From positions 21,130 to 85,129 of IMG/VR virus record IMGVR_UViG_3300035034_000707: a stretch of 64,000 nt of DNA; one strand, given 5' to 3'. Position 1 is the stretch's first letter. Every line of letters starts with the position of its first letter. The notes beneath the pieces were generated by a model. The model ran no database searches. It saw only the letters and a program-made list of their open reading frames with translations, and was not told the origin of the DNA. This DNA is from a virus. Shown here one piece after another: positions 10,719-19,277 of the stretch. The position numbers and the translations under genes were made by a program.

Positions 10719-11771
10719 ATGGCTGGCCCTTACGTTTACGCGGGGATCGACCGGACCCCTACCCCTTCGATGATCAAGAACGCGGCGGACTCCATAGGGG
10801 TATCGCCCGCCGTCATGCAGGCGGTGATCCGGGTAGAAGCCGGGGGCAAATGGTACAACGGCGACGGCAGTATGGTCCGCCGGTTCGAACCGCACCACGG
10901 CACACCCCGCATTAAGCAGGAACTAGGCTTCCGGGGGAACTGGCGGGATAGCCTCAAGATCAAGACTTCCTCGCGCCGCAAGATGTTCGACCGTGCTTAC
11001 GCCGTGGACCCGGAAGGCGCTTGCCGCGCGTCCTCGTGGGGCGCATTTCAGATCATGGGTTTCAACGCCGAACGCTCGGGCTTCAAATCCGCCCGGGATA
11101 TGGTCAAAGCCTTCGCTGGTTCCATCGAAGCCCAGCTTCGGGCCTTCATCAACTTCGTGAAATTCATCAAAGCGGATGGGGACCTGCGCGCGCAGAACTG
11201 GACCGGCTTCGCCCGGAAATACAATGGCTCCGGACAGCCAGCCGTCTATGGCAAGAAACTCGCCTCAGCCTACGCCAGCATCACCGGCTCCGGATCGCCC
11301 AAGGTGCTGCGCCTCGGATCGAAAGGCGCGACCGTCACGGAACTTCAAAAGGCGCTGGCTACTCGTGGGTACCCTGTCGGGGTCGATGGCTACTTCGGGG
11401 CCGAAACATATGAGTCTGTCCTTGAATTTCAGAAGGCCGAAAGCCTCACGGCGGACGGTATGGTCGGGGCTATGACGTGGCAGCAACTCCGCCAGACTTC
11501 GGCCTACTCCCCCAAGCCGGAACTCACGCAGACCGTATCCGAAAACCTGTCCGAAAAGGTGGCCGTTGCCTCGGCTGCGCTTACGACAGGTACGGGCGCG
11601 GTGACCACCGTTCTAGGGGACGCCCCCTCGGACGCGGTACGCATAAGCCTGATCGCCGCTATTGTGGTGCTGGCCGGGGTCGGTGGTTTCGCCTATCTCT
11701 GGATGAAGAAATCCAAGAAGGACCGCCTCGTTGAATACCGGTTTGATCCGCAACAGGGGGAATTTGGATGA
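10719..11771 (+). CDS. Endolysin: N-acetylmuramidase (DUF3380-like) + peptidoglycan-binding domain + C-terminal hydrophobic segments
   Basis: VEAGG, RFEPH, SSWGAFQIMGFN, FARKYNG; LRLGSKG..V.ELQ..L, VDGYFG, ADGMVG. Confidence 0.9.
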   Translation: MAGPYVYAGIDRTPTPSMIKNAADSIGVSPAVMQAVIRVEAGGKWYNGDGSMVRRFEPHHGTPRIKQELGFRGNWRDSLKIKTSSRRKMFDRAYAVDPEGACRASSWGAFQIMGFNAERSGFKSARDMVKAFAGSIEAQLRAFINFVKFIKADGDLRAQNWTGFARKYNGSGQPAVYGKKLASAYASITGSGSPKVLRLGSKGATVTELQKALATRGYPVGVDGYFGAETYESVLEFQKAESLTADGMVGAMTWQQLRQTSAYSPKPELTQTVSENLSEKVAVASAALTTGTGAVTTVLGDAPSDAVRISLIAAIVVLAGVGGFAYLWMKKSKKDRLVEYRFDPQQGEFG

Positions 11772-12115
11772 TACCTTTTCTGCTCAGATACGGCCATTGG
11801 ATCGCCATTGCCGCAGCTATCGCCACCGCGCTTTGGTACGCAAACCGCCTAGGGGTTCAAAGCGAACGTCAGGTATGGAAGGATCGACAAGATGAAATCA
11901 CCGCGAAACTCCGGGCTGACCTTCGGGTGGCCGACGAACAAAGCCGCAAGGACGAAGCGGCTATCCGGGAACTCAGCCGCGAACGGGAAGAGGTTGTCGC
12001 AGAGTTTGAAAAGACCCTCGACTTCAATTCTAACTTTGAGTGCATTTCTGCTGATGGGATGCGAACCCTTAACGACACCCTCGAAAGACTTCGACCTCAA
12101 ACGCCCCAGCCCTGA
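11768..12115 (+). CDS. i-spanin (Rz-like)
   Basis: N-terminal TM helix then coiled coil, after endolysin. Confidence 0.7.
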   Translation: MIPFLLRYGHWIAIAAAIATALWYANRLGVQSERQVWKDRQDEITAKLRADLRVADEQSRKDEAAIRELSREREEVVAEFEKTLDFNSNFECISADGMRTLNDTLERLRPQTPQP

Positions 12116-12284
12116 ATTAGAAGCTGTCTGCACATGGCCCGGCAATCCGGAAGGGGTTCAGTCGGTGGGCCTGCGCCGGGCAGTCGTGGCCTACGCCGCG
12201 TCCCTCGCTGACTGCGCCGAACGGAAGGCGGCGGTTCAGGCCCACTACGAACGCCAACGCAAGATCATGTCACAGGCTTTCTAG
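12006..12284 (+). CDS. o-spanin (Rz1-like lipoprotein), overlapping i-spanin; TTG start inferred
   Basis: Signal peptide with lipobox FLLMG-C in a different frame of the i-spanin 3' end. Confidence 0.7.
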   Translation: MKRPSTSILTLSAFLLMGCEPLTTPSKDFDLKRPSPELEAVCTWPGNPEGVQSVGLRRAVVAYAASLADCAERKAAVQAHYERQRKIMSQAF

Positions 12285-12286
12285 GC

Positions 12287-12958
12287 GTGGGGGCTGAATG
12301 GTTCGATAAAATAGAGTGGGAACCCCGGGGGGCCTTCCATACTACGCGCTCAGAGCCTCTACGCGGCCTCCCTGTGGTCATACTAGGTGGGGGGCCGGGG
12401 CTACTACCCGGACATACCCAAGCCCTCCATGCGGCCCCCAGAGCCATCCTGACAAACAACGCCTATACCCTATGGCCCCGACCCGCCCCGGTCCTCGCAC
12501 TTGACCGGCGCTGGTGGGAATGGCACGGAACCAATGTAGCAGAACTAGGGCACCTGCCCATCACCGCGCTGCGACCCGGACAGACGATACCCAAGCCGCG
12601 TACCCATTACGCTTTCGAAAAGGGGATAGCAGAAGCGCTGACTACCGACCGAAACTTCCTGACCGGAAAGAATACGGGACACGCAGCTATTCAGCTTGCG
12701 GTGCACCTAGGATCACCGACGATCTATCTGGCTGGGTTTGATATGGGTTTCCCGGGGGGCCGAACGCACTGGCATGAAGGCCACCTTGTTCCGTCCTCCG
12801 AGTCCAACTATACGCGACGGTTCAAACCGCAGCTTGAAGAACTCGTGCGCGCACTGCATGATCGTGGCATTTCTGTTTCAGCCATAACCCCCACGGCGGC
12901 GGACATACCCTCTACCCCTTTCGATATGGCCCTAAAGGATTTGAAGACCTCCGTATGA
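12287..12958 (+). CDS. Glycosyltransferase-like protein (DUF115/Maf-like)
   Basis: VVILGGGPGL, NTGHAAIQLAVHLG..IYLAGFDM. Confidence 0.6.
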   Translation: MGAEWFDKIEWEPRGAFHTTRSEPLRGLPVVILGGGPGLLPGHTQALHAAPRAILTNNAYTLWPRPAPVLALDRRWWEWHGTNVAELGHLPITALRPGQTIPKPRTHYAFEKGIAEALTTDRNFLTGKNTGHAAIQLAVHLGSPTIYLAGFDMGFPGGRTHWHEGHLVPSSESNYTRRFKPQLEELVRALHDRGISVSAITPTAADIPSTPFDMALKDLKTSV

Positions 12959-13773
12959 CACGAACGCACCCCATAGCTTGGCTCACACTCAGACATCAAC
13001 CGCCCTACCGGGCTGACGCCTTTGCGGACGGGTTCGAACGGTTGGGGTTCCGTGTAAAAATGGCTTTCCCGGCGGGCAATGAAGTGCGCCCACAAGATGT
13101 GGTAGTCACTTGGAACCTCAACCCACGGTATCAACCGGCGGCGGCAGAGGCGCACAAGGTAGGTGCGGCCCTGATCGTTGCAGAGAATGGCTATATCACC
13201 CCCCGGTACGGCCCCCCTCAAACCTATGCCATTGCCCGGGACGGACATAATGGGTCTGGGTCTTGGATCGTGGGGACAGAAGACCGGTGGGCCAAGCTGG
13301 GTCAGATTATTGAACCTTGGGTAACCCGGCCCGGTGGTTACATACTGGTTACGGATCAGCGCGGTATTGGCTCAGACCTCATGCGATGTCCGAAGCTATT
13401 CTATGAGTCAGTCAGACCTAAAATCCTCCGGGTGTTTTCCAAGACGGGGTATCAACCAGAAATTCGGCTAAGGGTTCATCCCGGGCGGCACGAGTCACTC
13501 ACGCCGTTGGAGACTGATCTGGCTGGCGCACGGGCCGTGGTAACATGGGCTTCGAATGTGGCGAACATTGCACTCCTGAAAGGCATCCCGACCTTCCGGT
13601 GCGCACCCTATCATGTGAACGAAGCGGCCATGTCTGATTTAAGCACCTTGCCTGCCCCTCTTGAGCCGGATAGGCTGACAGCCTTCAAGAAACTCGCATG
13701 GGCGCAATGGTCCCTCTCAGAGATTGAGGCAGGGACAGCCTTTCGGCATTTGCTTAGAGACAGGCTAGAATGA
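12955..13773 (+). CDS. Capsule-synthesis (KpsS/KpsC-like) GT-B glycosyltransferase-like protein
   Basis: ENGY, RVHP, VVTWASNVANIALLKGIP. Confidence 0.6.
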   Translation: MTRTHPIAWLTLRHQPPYRADAFADGFERLGFRVKMAFPAGNEVRPQDVVVTWNLNPRYQPAAAEAHKVGAALIVAENGYITPRYGPPQTYAIARDGHNGSGSWIVGTEDRWAKLGQIIEPWVTRPGGYILVTDQRGIGSDLMRCPKLFYESVRPKILRVFSKTGYQPEIRLRVHPGRHESLTPLETDLAGARAVVTWASNVANIALLKGIPTFRCAPYHVNEAAMSDLSTLPAPLEPDRLTAFKKLAWAQWSLSEIEAGTAFRHLLRDRLE

Positions 13774-14612
13774 CCAATAGGATATCCATAGAACGGTTCG
13801 TCTTTCATACTCATAAGCCGAAAGCCGAAGCCATAGCGCAGTTCTTCAAAGAGGGATGCACCGCCCTAGGGTATGACTGCATTGTTACCGATAGCAATCA
13901 GCCCGTCAAAGACCGCGTGGGGGTATTCTATGGGGTAATTCCGTCAACCTATGCGGCCTTCCAATTCTATAAAGCGGAACGGCGCGCGGTCTATCTGGAC
14001 AACGGGTGGCTATCGACCAGAGAACTCCCAACCCTGCGCTATACATGGAACGGCGTTCAGTCCTTCCTTCGGGATATGGAACCTGTCAGGGGGAAACTCT
14101 ACTTCCCGGACCTGCCTGAAATAGACCGGAAACCCCAGAACGATCTGGCGCTGCTTATCCTCCAATCCCGGGCCTATTTTGACAACCTGTCACTGGGCTA
14201 TTCACGAGACGTTTGGGAACGGGCTACGACGCGCCTGCTGACGATGAAGGGCTACCGGGTAGAGACACGCGAAAAACCCCAGAAGCGCGGGCCGCAGACG
14301 GAAGACTTCTTTGAGCAGATCGCACGCGCTGGTATCGTGGTCAGCCTGAATTCGGCTTCCTGCATAAAGGCCCTCCGCTATGGCATCCCGGCCTACTGCA
14401 CACTTGACTGCACGCTCTCCCCCTACGCCCCCGTTAAACTCCCAAACGTGGGCATGGCGGCTCCCCCTCCGCCGGAAGACGTTATGGACCTGATGAGGCG
14501 CGTGGCTCAGTACGAAAAGACCAAGAAAGACTTCACGAGCGGTCGCATAATTGAAAGCCTGCTGGCCGTCCCGCAAGAGAAACGCAGAGGAATGTGGTAT
14601 GGTACTCGATGA
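13770..14612 (+). CDS. Second KpsS/KpsC-like glycosyltransferase-like protein
   Basis: LDNGW, REKP, VVSLNSASCIKALRYGIP; same layout as upstream gene. Confidence 0.55.
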   Translation: MTNRISIERFVFHTHKPKAEAIAQFFKEGCTALGYDCIVTDSNQPVKDRVGVFYGVIPSTYAAFQFYKAERRAVYLDNGWLSTRELPTLRYTWNGVQSFLRDMEPVRGKLYFPDLPEIDRKPQNDLALLILQSRAYFDNLSLGYSRDVWERATTRLLTMKGYRVETREKPQKRGPQTEDFFEQIARAGIVVSLNSASCIKALRYGIPAYCTLDCTLSPYAPVKLPNVGMAAPPPPEDVMDLMRRVAQYEKTKKDFTSGRIIESLLAVPQEKRRGMWYGTR

Positions 14613-15327
14613 TATCGGGAAGAAAGTTGGCGGCGTCTGGTTACCAAAGGATGAACAGCACCTGACAGAGTGGATGGTCAAGAGCAAAGGCCGTTTTGAA
14701 AAGGATGGTGTTTTGACCTATCAATGGGCCAAGCAGTCCTTTGCTCAGGACGCCATGATAAAATATATCCCTGACTATGGCACCCGATCCTTCATAGACG
14801 TGGGCGCGCATGTTGGGCTTTGGTCAATGTGGTGGTCCTGCCTGATGGCCGGGACCATAGCCTTTGAGCCTATCCCGGAAATGCGGGAACTCTACCGGGC
14901 CAACATGCAAGGCCGGGGCAGATATCTCCTGCTATCTGAGGCCCTAGGCCACCAGCCGGGCTGTTTGGAATTGTCTTTTAACAAGGAAAACACGGGCAAC
15001 ACTCACGCTACCAGACAGAAAAATAAGGGCCTGCCTATCATTCAGGTGGCCATGACCACTCTGGACCTAAAAATGAGCGTCATGCCCAACTCCCCCGCGC
15101 CCGGTGTGATCAAGATCGACTGCGAAGGTTTTGAGGAATTGGTGGTAAGGGGGGCAGAGGCTACCATCCGTGAGCACCGCCCCCTCCTGATAGTGGAGCA
15201 GAAAAAGGGATCAGACTACTATGGGATGTCCCCACTTGGGGCAGTAGAGGTCCTGACCAAATGGGGCTTCAAGGTAGTCAAAACCATGTCAGGCGATCAC
15301 ATTATGGTCCATGAGGTATACCTATGA
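14599..15327 (+). CDS. FkbM-family SAM methyltransferase
   Basis: IDVGAHVG, AFEP, IKIDCEGFE. Confidence 0.88.
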   Translation: MVLDDIGKKVGGVWLPKDEQHLTEWMVKSKGRFEKDGVLTYQWAKQSFAQDAMIKYIPDYGTRSFIDVGAHVGLWSMWWSCLMAGTIAFEPIPEMRELYRANMQGRGRYLLLSEALGHQPGCLELSFNKENTGNTHATRQKNKGLPIIQVAMTTLDLKMSVMPNSPAPGVIKIDCEGFEELVVRGAEATIREHRPLLIVEQKKGSDYYGMSPLGAVEVLTKWGFKVVKTMSGDHIMVHEVYL

Positions 15328-15899
15328 AGACGATCACGGCGAAGTACCTGCGCACACAAGAAGCGCTTCACGAGGGGGCCTATGGTTCCTCCGGGCATTA
15401 CTGGCTCGGCCACGTCGCGGAAATCTGTGACGTCCTCAACTGCCGGTCAGTGCTGGACTACGGCGCTGGCAAGGGGACGCTTGGACCCTACCTCAAACGG
15501 CTGGGTATTGAATACGCCGCGTATGATCCGGTGACGTTCCCCAAGAAGCCCTCAGGCCGCTTCGATCTGGTGGTATGCCTAGACGTTATGGAACATATCG
15601 AAGAGGCGTTCGTCCCCGCAGTTATGGCAGAGATATGGGGCTATACCAACATCGCCATGTTCTGCGTTGTGAATACCCGGGCTTCCTCCAAGACCTTGAG
15701 CGACGGGCGGAACGCACATATCACGGAACGCCCCTATGAATGGTGGCGCGATAATTACCTTTCGGAAGGGTGGAAGCCCGCGCGGGTTCGACAGACAGCG
15801 GACGGCTTTGATATGGTATCCACGCGGACCCCACCCCCAACGGGGGTCAGCCCTATCAGCCGGGCGCAGCTACACACTTTGAGAGGGATCAGGAAATGA
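15324..15899 (+). CDS. Class I SAM-dependent methyltransferase
   Basis: VLDYGAGKG, FDLVVCLDVMEHI. Confidence 0.85.
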   Translation: MKTITAKYLRTQEALHEGAYGSSGHYWLGHVAEICDVLNCRSVLDYGAGKGTLGPYLKRLGIEYAAYDPVTFPKKPSGRFDLVVCLDVMEHIEEAFVPAVMAEIWGYTNIAMFCVVNTRASSKTLSDGRNAHITERPYEWWRDNYLSEGWKPARVRQTADGFDMVSTRTPPPTGVSPISRAQLHTLRGIRK

Positions 15900-16708
15900 C
15901 CAGACGGGACACCTATTTTCTAGGTTATGATGCGCGCGAACACGAAGCCGCCTGCATAGCGGGGTACTCAATCCTGCGCCGGGCGAACCGCAGATCGCAG
16001 ATATTCCTGATCGAACATCAGATGCTCCGGGCGCTCAAGAAGTTTGACAGGGAATGGCTCACGACTGCCACAGGGCAGACCTATGACACACTGGATCATA
16101 AGCCCTTCTCTACGGCCTTCTCTCATTCCCGCTTCCTCGCGTTCACGCTGGCTCGTGATCTTAGGTGCACCGGCCCCTGTATGTTTATCGACTGTGACTG
16201 GTTGTTCCTCAATGACCCGGGCGAACTCATGGCACAGCAAGAGAAGAACCCTGACAAGATTGGGGTCGTGTCCCGTCACCGTGAAATCGAAGAAGGCTCG
16301 ACCAAGATGGATGGTATGGTTCAAGAGGCGTATCACCGGAAACTGTGGTCAGCCCTCTTTACCTTCATGCCTACTCAGGAGTGGGCCGCGCTCTTCGACG
16401 TTCAAGCGGTTAACAACCGGACGGGCCGCGCCCTTCACGGCTTCCTTGGATTGGATAAAAATCGCTTCTGGGAAGTGGACCCGCGCTGGCACTATATCCC
16501 CTCGCTGGACCCGGCACAGGAGGCCCCCGGGGGTATTCACTACTCCGAATTCAGCCCTTGGTTAAACCCTGAGCGGTATGCCGAATTCCCGAAAGCCTTT
16601 GACGCATGGACTGATGAGAAATCTGCTTGGCTGGAATACGCGGCCAAGCGCGGCGCTCTGGAAACTTGGGATGATCTGAACACGGCCCTCTTGGCGGCGG
16701 CGGCTTGA
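15896..16708 (+). CDS. GT-A (GT8-like) glycosyltransferase
   Basis: FLGYDARE, STAFSHSRF, FIDCD (DxD), RKLWSA, IHY. Confidence 0.75.
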   Translation: MTRRDTYFLGYDAREHEAACIAGYSILRRANRRSQIFLIEHQMLRALKKFDREWLTTATGQTYDTLDHKPFSTAFSHSRFLAFTLARDLRCTGPCMFIDCDWLFLNDPGELMAQQEKNPDKIGVVSRHREIEEGSTKMDGMVQEAYHRKLWSALFTFMPTQEWAALFDVQAVNNRTGRALHGFLGLDKNRFWEVDPRWHYIPSLDPAQEAPGGIHYSEFSPWLNPERYAEFPKAFDAWTDEKSAWLEYAAKRGALETWDDLNTALLAAAA

Positions 16709-16733
16709 CGAACAAGGTAAACGCCTATATATA
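16705..16733 (+). promoter_or_regulatory. Phage promoter TTGACG-17-TATATA preceding a non-coding element
   Basis: TTGACGAAC overlapping upstream TGA; no ORF before the terminator. Confidence 0.65.
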
Positions 16734-16734
16734 C

Positions 16735-16822
16735 TCACACCTAGCGCTGTTTCTCCAAGGCAGTCGCTTGGTGGTGAAACTGGACGGGCGCAGGTTGTGG
16801 TGAGCTAGCGCCCGTCCTTTTT
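16735..16822 (+). ncRNA. Candidate two-hairpin antisense small RNA
   Basis: Own promoter; hairpin 1 (16735-16777) with loop TCTCCAA; hairpin 2 (16782-16817) enclosing AGGTTGTGGTGAG, then T5; loops complement leader motifs TTGGAGA and CACCACAACC. Confidence 0.7.
16782..16822 (+). terminator. Intrinsic terminator
   Basis: GGACGGGCGC/GCGCCCGTCC perfect 10-bp stem + TTTTT. Confidence 0.8.
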
Positions 16823-16832
16823 AGTTTTGGGG

Positions 16833-16861
16833 TTGACAAACGGTCCTAAAGATTATATACC
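16833..16861 (+). promoter_or_regulatory. Phage promoter TTGACA-17-TATACC
   Basis: GGTTGACAAAC; leader ACCACAACC at 16868. Confidence 0.7.
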
Positions 16862-16891
16862 TTCGGGACCACAACCGAAAGGAAATCCCAA

Positions 16892-17635
16892 ATGCTTGTG
16901 CAGTCTGGCGGCAATAATGTATACGCCGTCCTCGCCAATACTGACGAATTCGAACTGTCGATTACGCCGACGCTGACTATCCAATCCACTACCGTAATCC
17001 TCGCGCTGCGGTGCCGGTTCAAATCCCTTCAAACAGATTACTTTGACCCCATGATGGTCCCCAAGTCTGTTCTGGTGTCGGGTATTGAGCGGTCGAAGAA
17101 TACTCTGCGCGGCACCCTGATGCTGAATACTGGCTTCACCGTGGAAAAGGTTGGCTCCGGCTTCCCAGATATCGTTGCCAAGAAGCTGGTCAGCGAGGTC
17201 TCGGGCATACTCCTGCCCATTTCGGAAGAGCAAGAGAAGGCGGTGCTCTATATCAATCACCTGAGGGACGACTTTGTTACAGACTTTGCGAAGCTGGTTA
17301 CCTCAGTCATTGCTCCGATATCCCCAGCCAAAAACTTCTCAAAGGTGCCCGCCCTCCTGAGCCTCTTCGATATGAATATCTATATGGCAGCGGCGGCGGA
17401 ACACGGCCCAGAGGTGCCCTTCAAGGTGGTCCCGGAACCGGAACCGGCAGGCACCGGGGCCTCAGTAAAGAAACTGGACGTGAGTGGGGATTACGAACCT
17501 GACCCAGAGAAAATACCTGTGGATAACTCTGAAAAGCCGGTTGACAAACCCGCTACAGGTACGGAAGGGTCTAAGGTTCATCTACTCGGACAGGCCCCCG
17601 CCCTCACACCGGCGGAACCTGAAACCACCGACTAG
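16892..17635 (+). CDS. Hypothetical protein
   Basis: 247-aa ORF with GAAAGGA RBS and promoter. Confidence 0.75.
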   Translation: MLVQSGGNNVYAVLANTDEFELSITPTLTIQSTTVILALRCRFKSLQTDYFDPMMVPKSVLVSGIERSKNTLRGTLMLNTGFTVEKVGSGFPDIVAKKLVSEVSGILLPISEEQEKAVLYINHLRDDFVTDFAKLVTSVIAPISPAKNFSKVPALLSLFDMNIYMAAAAEHGPEVPFKVVPEPEPAGTGASVKKLDVSGDYEPDPEKIPVDNSEKPVDKPATGTEGSKVHLLGQAPALTPAEPETTD

Positions 17636-17660
17636 CCGGGGCGGTTTTACCACCGCAGTT

Positions 17661-17691
17661 AGCACGCCCCTTGAACCGGGCGTGCTTTTTT
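17661..17691 (+). terminator. Terminator-like hairpin directly before the initiator RBS
   Basis: AGCACGCCC/GGGCGTGCT stem + T-run. Confidence 0.7.
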
Positions 17692-17705
17692 ATTGGAGTT
17701 ACCCC

Positions 17706-18665
17706 ATGATAGACACGCGCGTTCTGACCCATACGCCTACTCAGGCGAACCTACTCAGGTTAATTCTAAACCTTCACAAGACCTCAACGATACTCCGGGA
17801 TGGGAAGCCTTACCTCGCCATTCAGCTAGATAAGATGGCCAGTATGGTGGGTCTAAAGGCCCGTTCATCTGTAAGTCGGGCATTAAATTGGCTAGAGGCT
17901 CAGGGTATAATTCAGATTATACGCGACCGATGGAACCGCTCCCCCCGGCTTTATATCCGCCCGCTTATCAAGACCCGCGCAACGTCAAACGAACGTCAAA
18001 CGAACGTCACACGTTGCGCGGACGCAACGTCCTGTCTTAAACCTTCTGAAAAACTTAAAACCTCAAACACGGCAGCACCCTCCGGGACTGCCGGGATCAC
18101 GGTGGATACAAGTATCCCTGAAAATTCAGGAAGGTTGCGCGGAAATCTGGCCGGGGCGGCTGACAGGATCAAAGAAAAGAAAGACACCGCGCGCGCGCAC
18201 GTCCGGGATCAACAGCCTAAACCCAAGATCGTCGCTCACGCTTGGGTCCGCATCCTCGGGGAATATGGGTATCTTGGGTTCGACCCGAATGATGGAAAGC
18301 ACCTGAAACATATCAGCAAAACGCTATCTCTCTTCGACAGCCCTAACGTAGGGGCCTTTGAAGTCGAACTGGAACGCCGCATAAGCGCATGGCAGGAACA
18401 TCGCCCGAAGGCTCTGGGTAAGGCCGCGCCGCATCCTTGGGCAATCAATCGCACCGACCCCCTATTCCAGAAACTCGCCACCGTTCAAGACGACGAAGAC
18501 TATACCATCCCCGGTATGGCTCCGCTGATACCAGATGCGATAATTCAGTCACCCCCAGCAGTTGACGAATTAAAAACGGGTTCCCAGAATGGGCCTGACG
18601 TGGTAACCCCGCCAAAGAAGGGTGGCATGATGCACCTCTTCAAAAAAGGCAAGGACGCCAAGTGA
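17706..18665 (+). CDS. Putative replication initiator (N-terminal winged HTH)
   Basis: LDKMASMVGL..RSSVSRALNWLEAQGII HTH; internal repeats; upstream of loader-like gene and DnaB; TTGGAG RBS. Confidence 0.65.
   Translation: MIDTRVLTHTPTQANLLRLILNLHKTSTILRDGKPYLAIQLDKMASMVGLKARSSVSRALNWLEAQGIIQIIRDRWNRSPRLYIRPLIKTRATSNERQTNVTRCADATSCLKPSEKLKTSNTAAPSGTAGITVDTSIPENSGRLRGNLAGAADRIKEKKDTARAHVRDQQPKPKIVAHAWVRILGEYGYLGFDPNDGKHLKHISKTLSLFDSPNVGAFEVELERRISAWQEHRPKALGKAAPHPWAINRTDPLFQKLATVQDDEDYTIPGMAPLIPDAIIQSPPAVDELKTGSQNGPDVVTPPKKGGMMHLFKKGKDAK
17976..18030. repeat. Iteron-like 11-bp tandem repeats plus inverted repeats (candidate origin)
   Basis: AACGTCAAACG x2 + AACGTCACACG (17981-18013); ACGTTGCG/CGCAACGT inversion; A-rich tract follows. 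Confidence 0.55.
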
Positions 18666-18671
18666 GGCACC

Positions 18672-19262
18672 ATGAACACAGAAGCACACAGCCTTGCTCC
18701 CCCGGGGGCCTATAACGCCTTTGCCCCCGGCAAGCTGCGGCAGGGTATCCACGACACATTGATCAAAGAAATAGATCGTATCGCGCACGATGCCGGGATC
18801 ACTCCGGGCGACGTAACCGGGGCCACCTATCACATGACCGATACTGAACTGGATTATCTCAAGGGCTTTCGTCGCACGGAAGAGACGGGAAAACTCGGGA
18901 TCATCTACGTTGGACAGCACGACCCTGCGGTAGCCCTCCGATGCCGAACGGTATGCGGCGCGCTCCTGCGTAACTTCATCACGGCGCGGCTTATCGTCCG
19001 TGAAGAACTCGTGTCCGAATTGTTCGACAACCGGCGTCAGCCTAATGCAGACCTCGTGGCCGTCCCAGACTTCGCATACAGGGATGCTCCCCCGGCCACG
19101 CGCCGGGCGCTATCCTCGTGGCTGATGGGCCGTATCTCACGGGGCAGGCAGACGGTGCTCGGGCTTCCCGACAAGACAGCGATCAGTGATATCTTTGGGG
19201 CGGAAGCGCCCCTTTACACGAAACACTTCGCCGTCAAACACGGTGCGCAATCCCCAAAGTAG
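18672..19262 (+). CDS. Degenerate DnaC/IstB-like helicase loader (putative)
   Basis: Between initiator and DnaB; GIIYVG..ADLVAVPD..R....RQTV layout but no GKT. Confidence 0.45.
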   Translation: MNTEAHSLAPPGAYNAFAPGKLRQGIHDTLIKEIDRIAHDAGITPGDVTGATYHMTDTELDYLKGFRRTEETGKLGIIYVGQHDPAVALRCRTVCGALLRNFITARLIVREELVSELFDNRRQPNADLVAVPDFAYRDAPPATRRALSSWLMGRISRGRQTVLGLPDKTAISDIFGAEAPLYTKHFAVKHGAQSPK

Positions 19263-19277
19263 GGGAAAGGAAATCAC

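Noticed and set aside
16735-16822. tRNA, or a minus-strand gene using the CCTTGGAGA RBS
   Set aside because: No cloverleaf or T-loop; on the minus strand the nearest GTG is followed immediately by TGA
17541-17569. Promoter-like GGTTGACAAAC (similar hits at 7600, 18562, 26917)
   Set aside because: Intragenic with a poor or doubtful -10 at 17 bp; left uncalled
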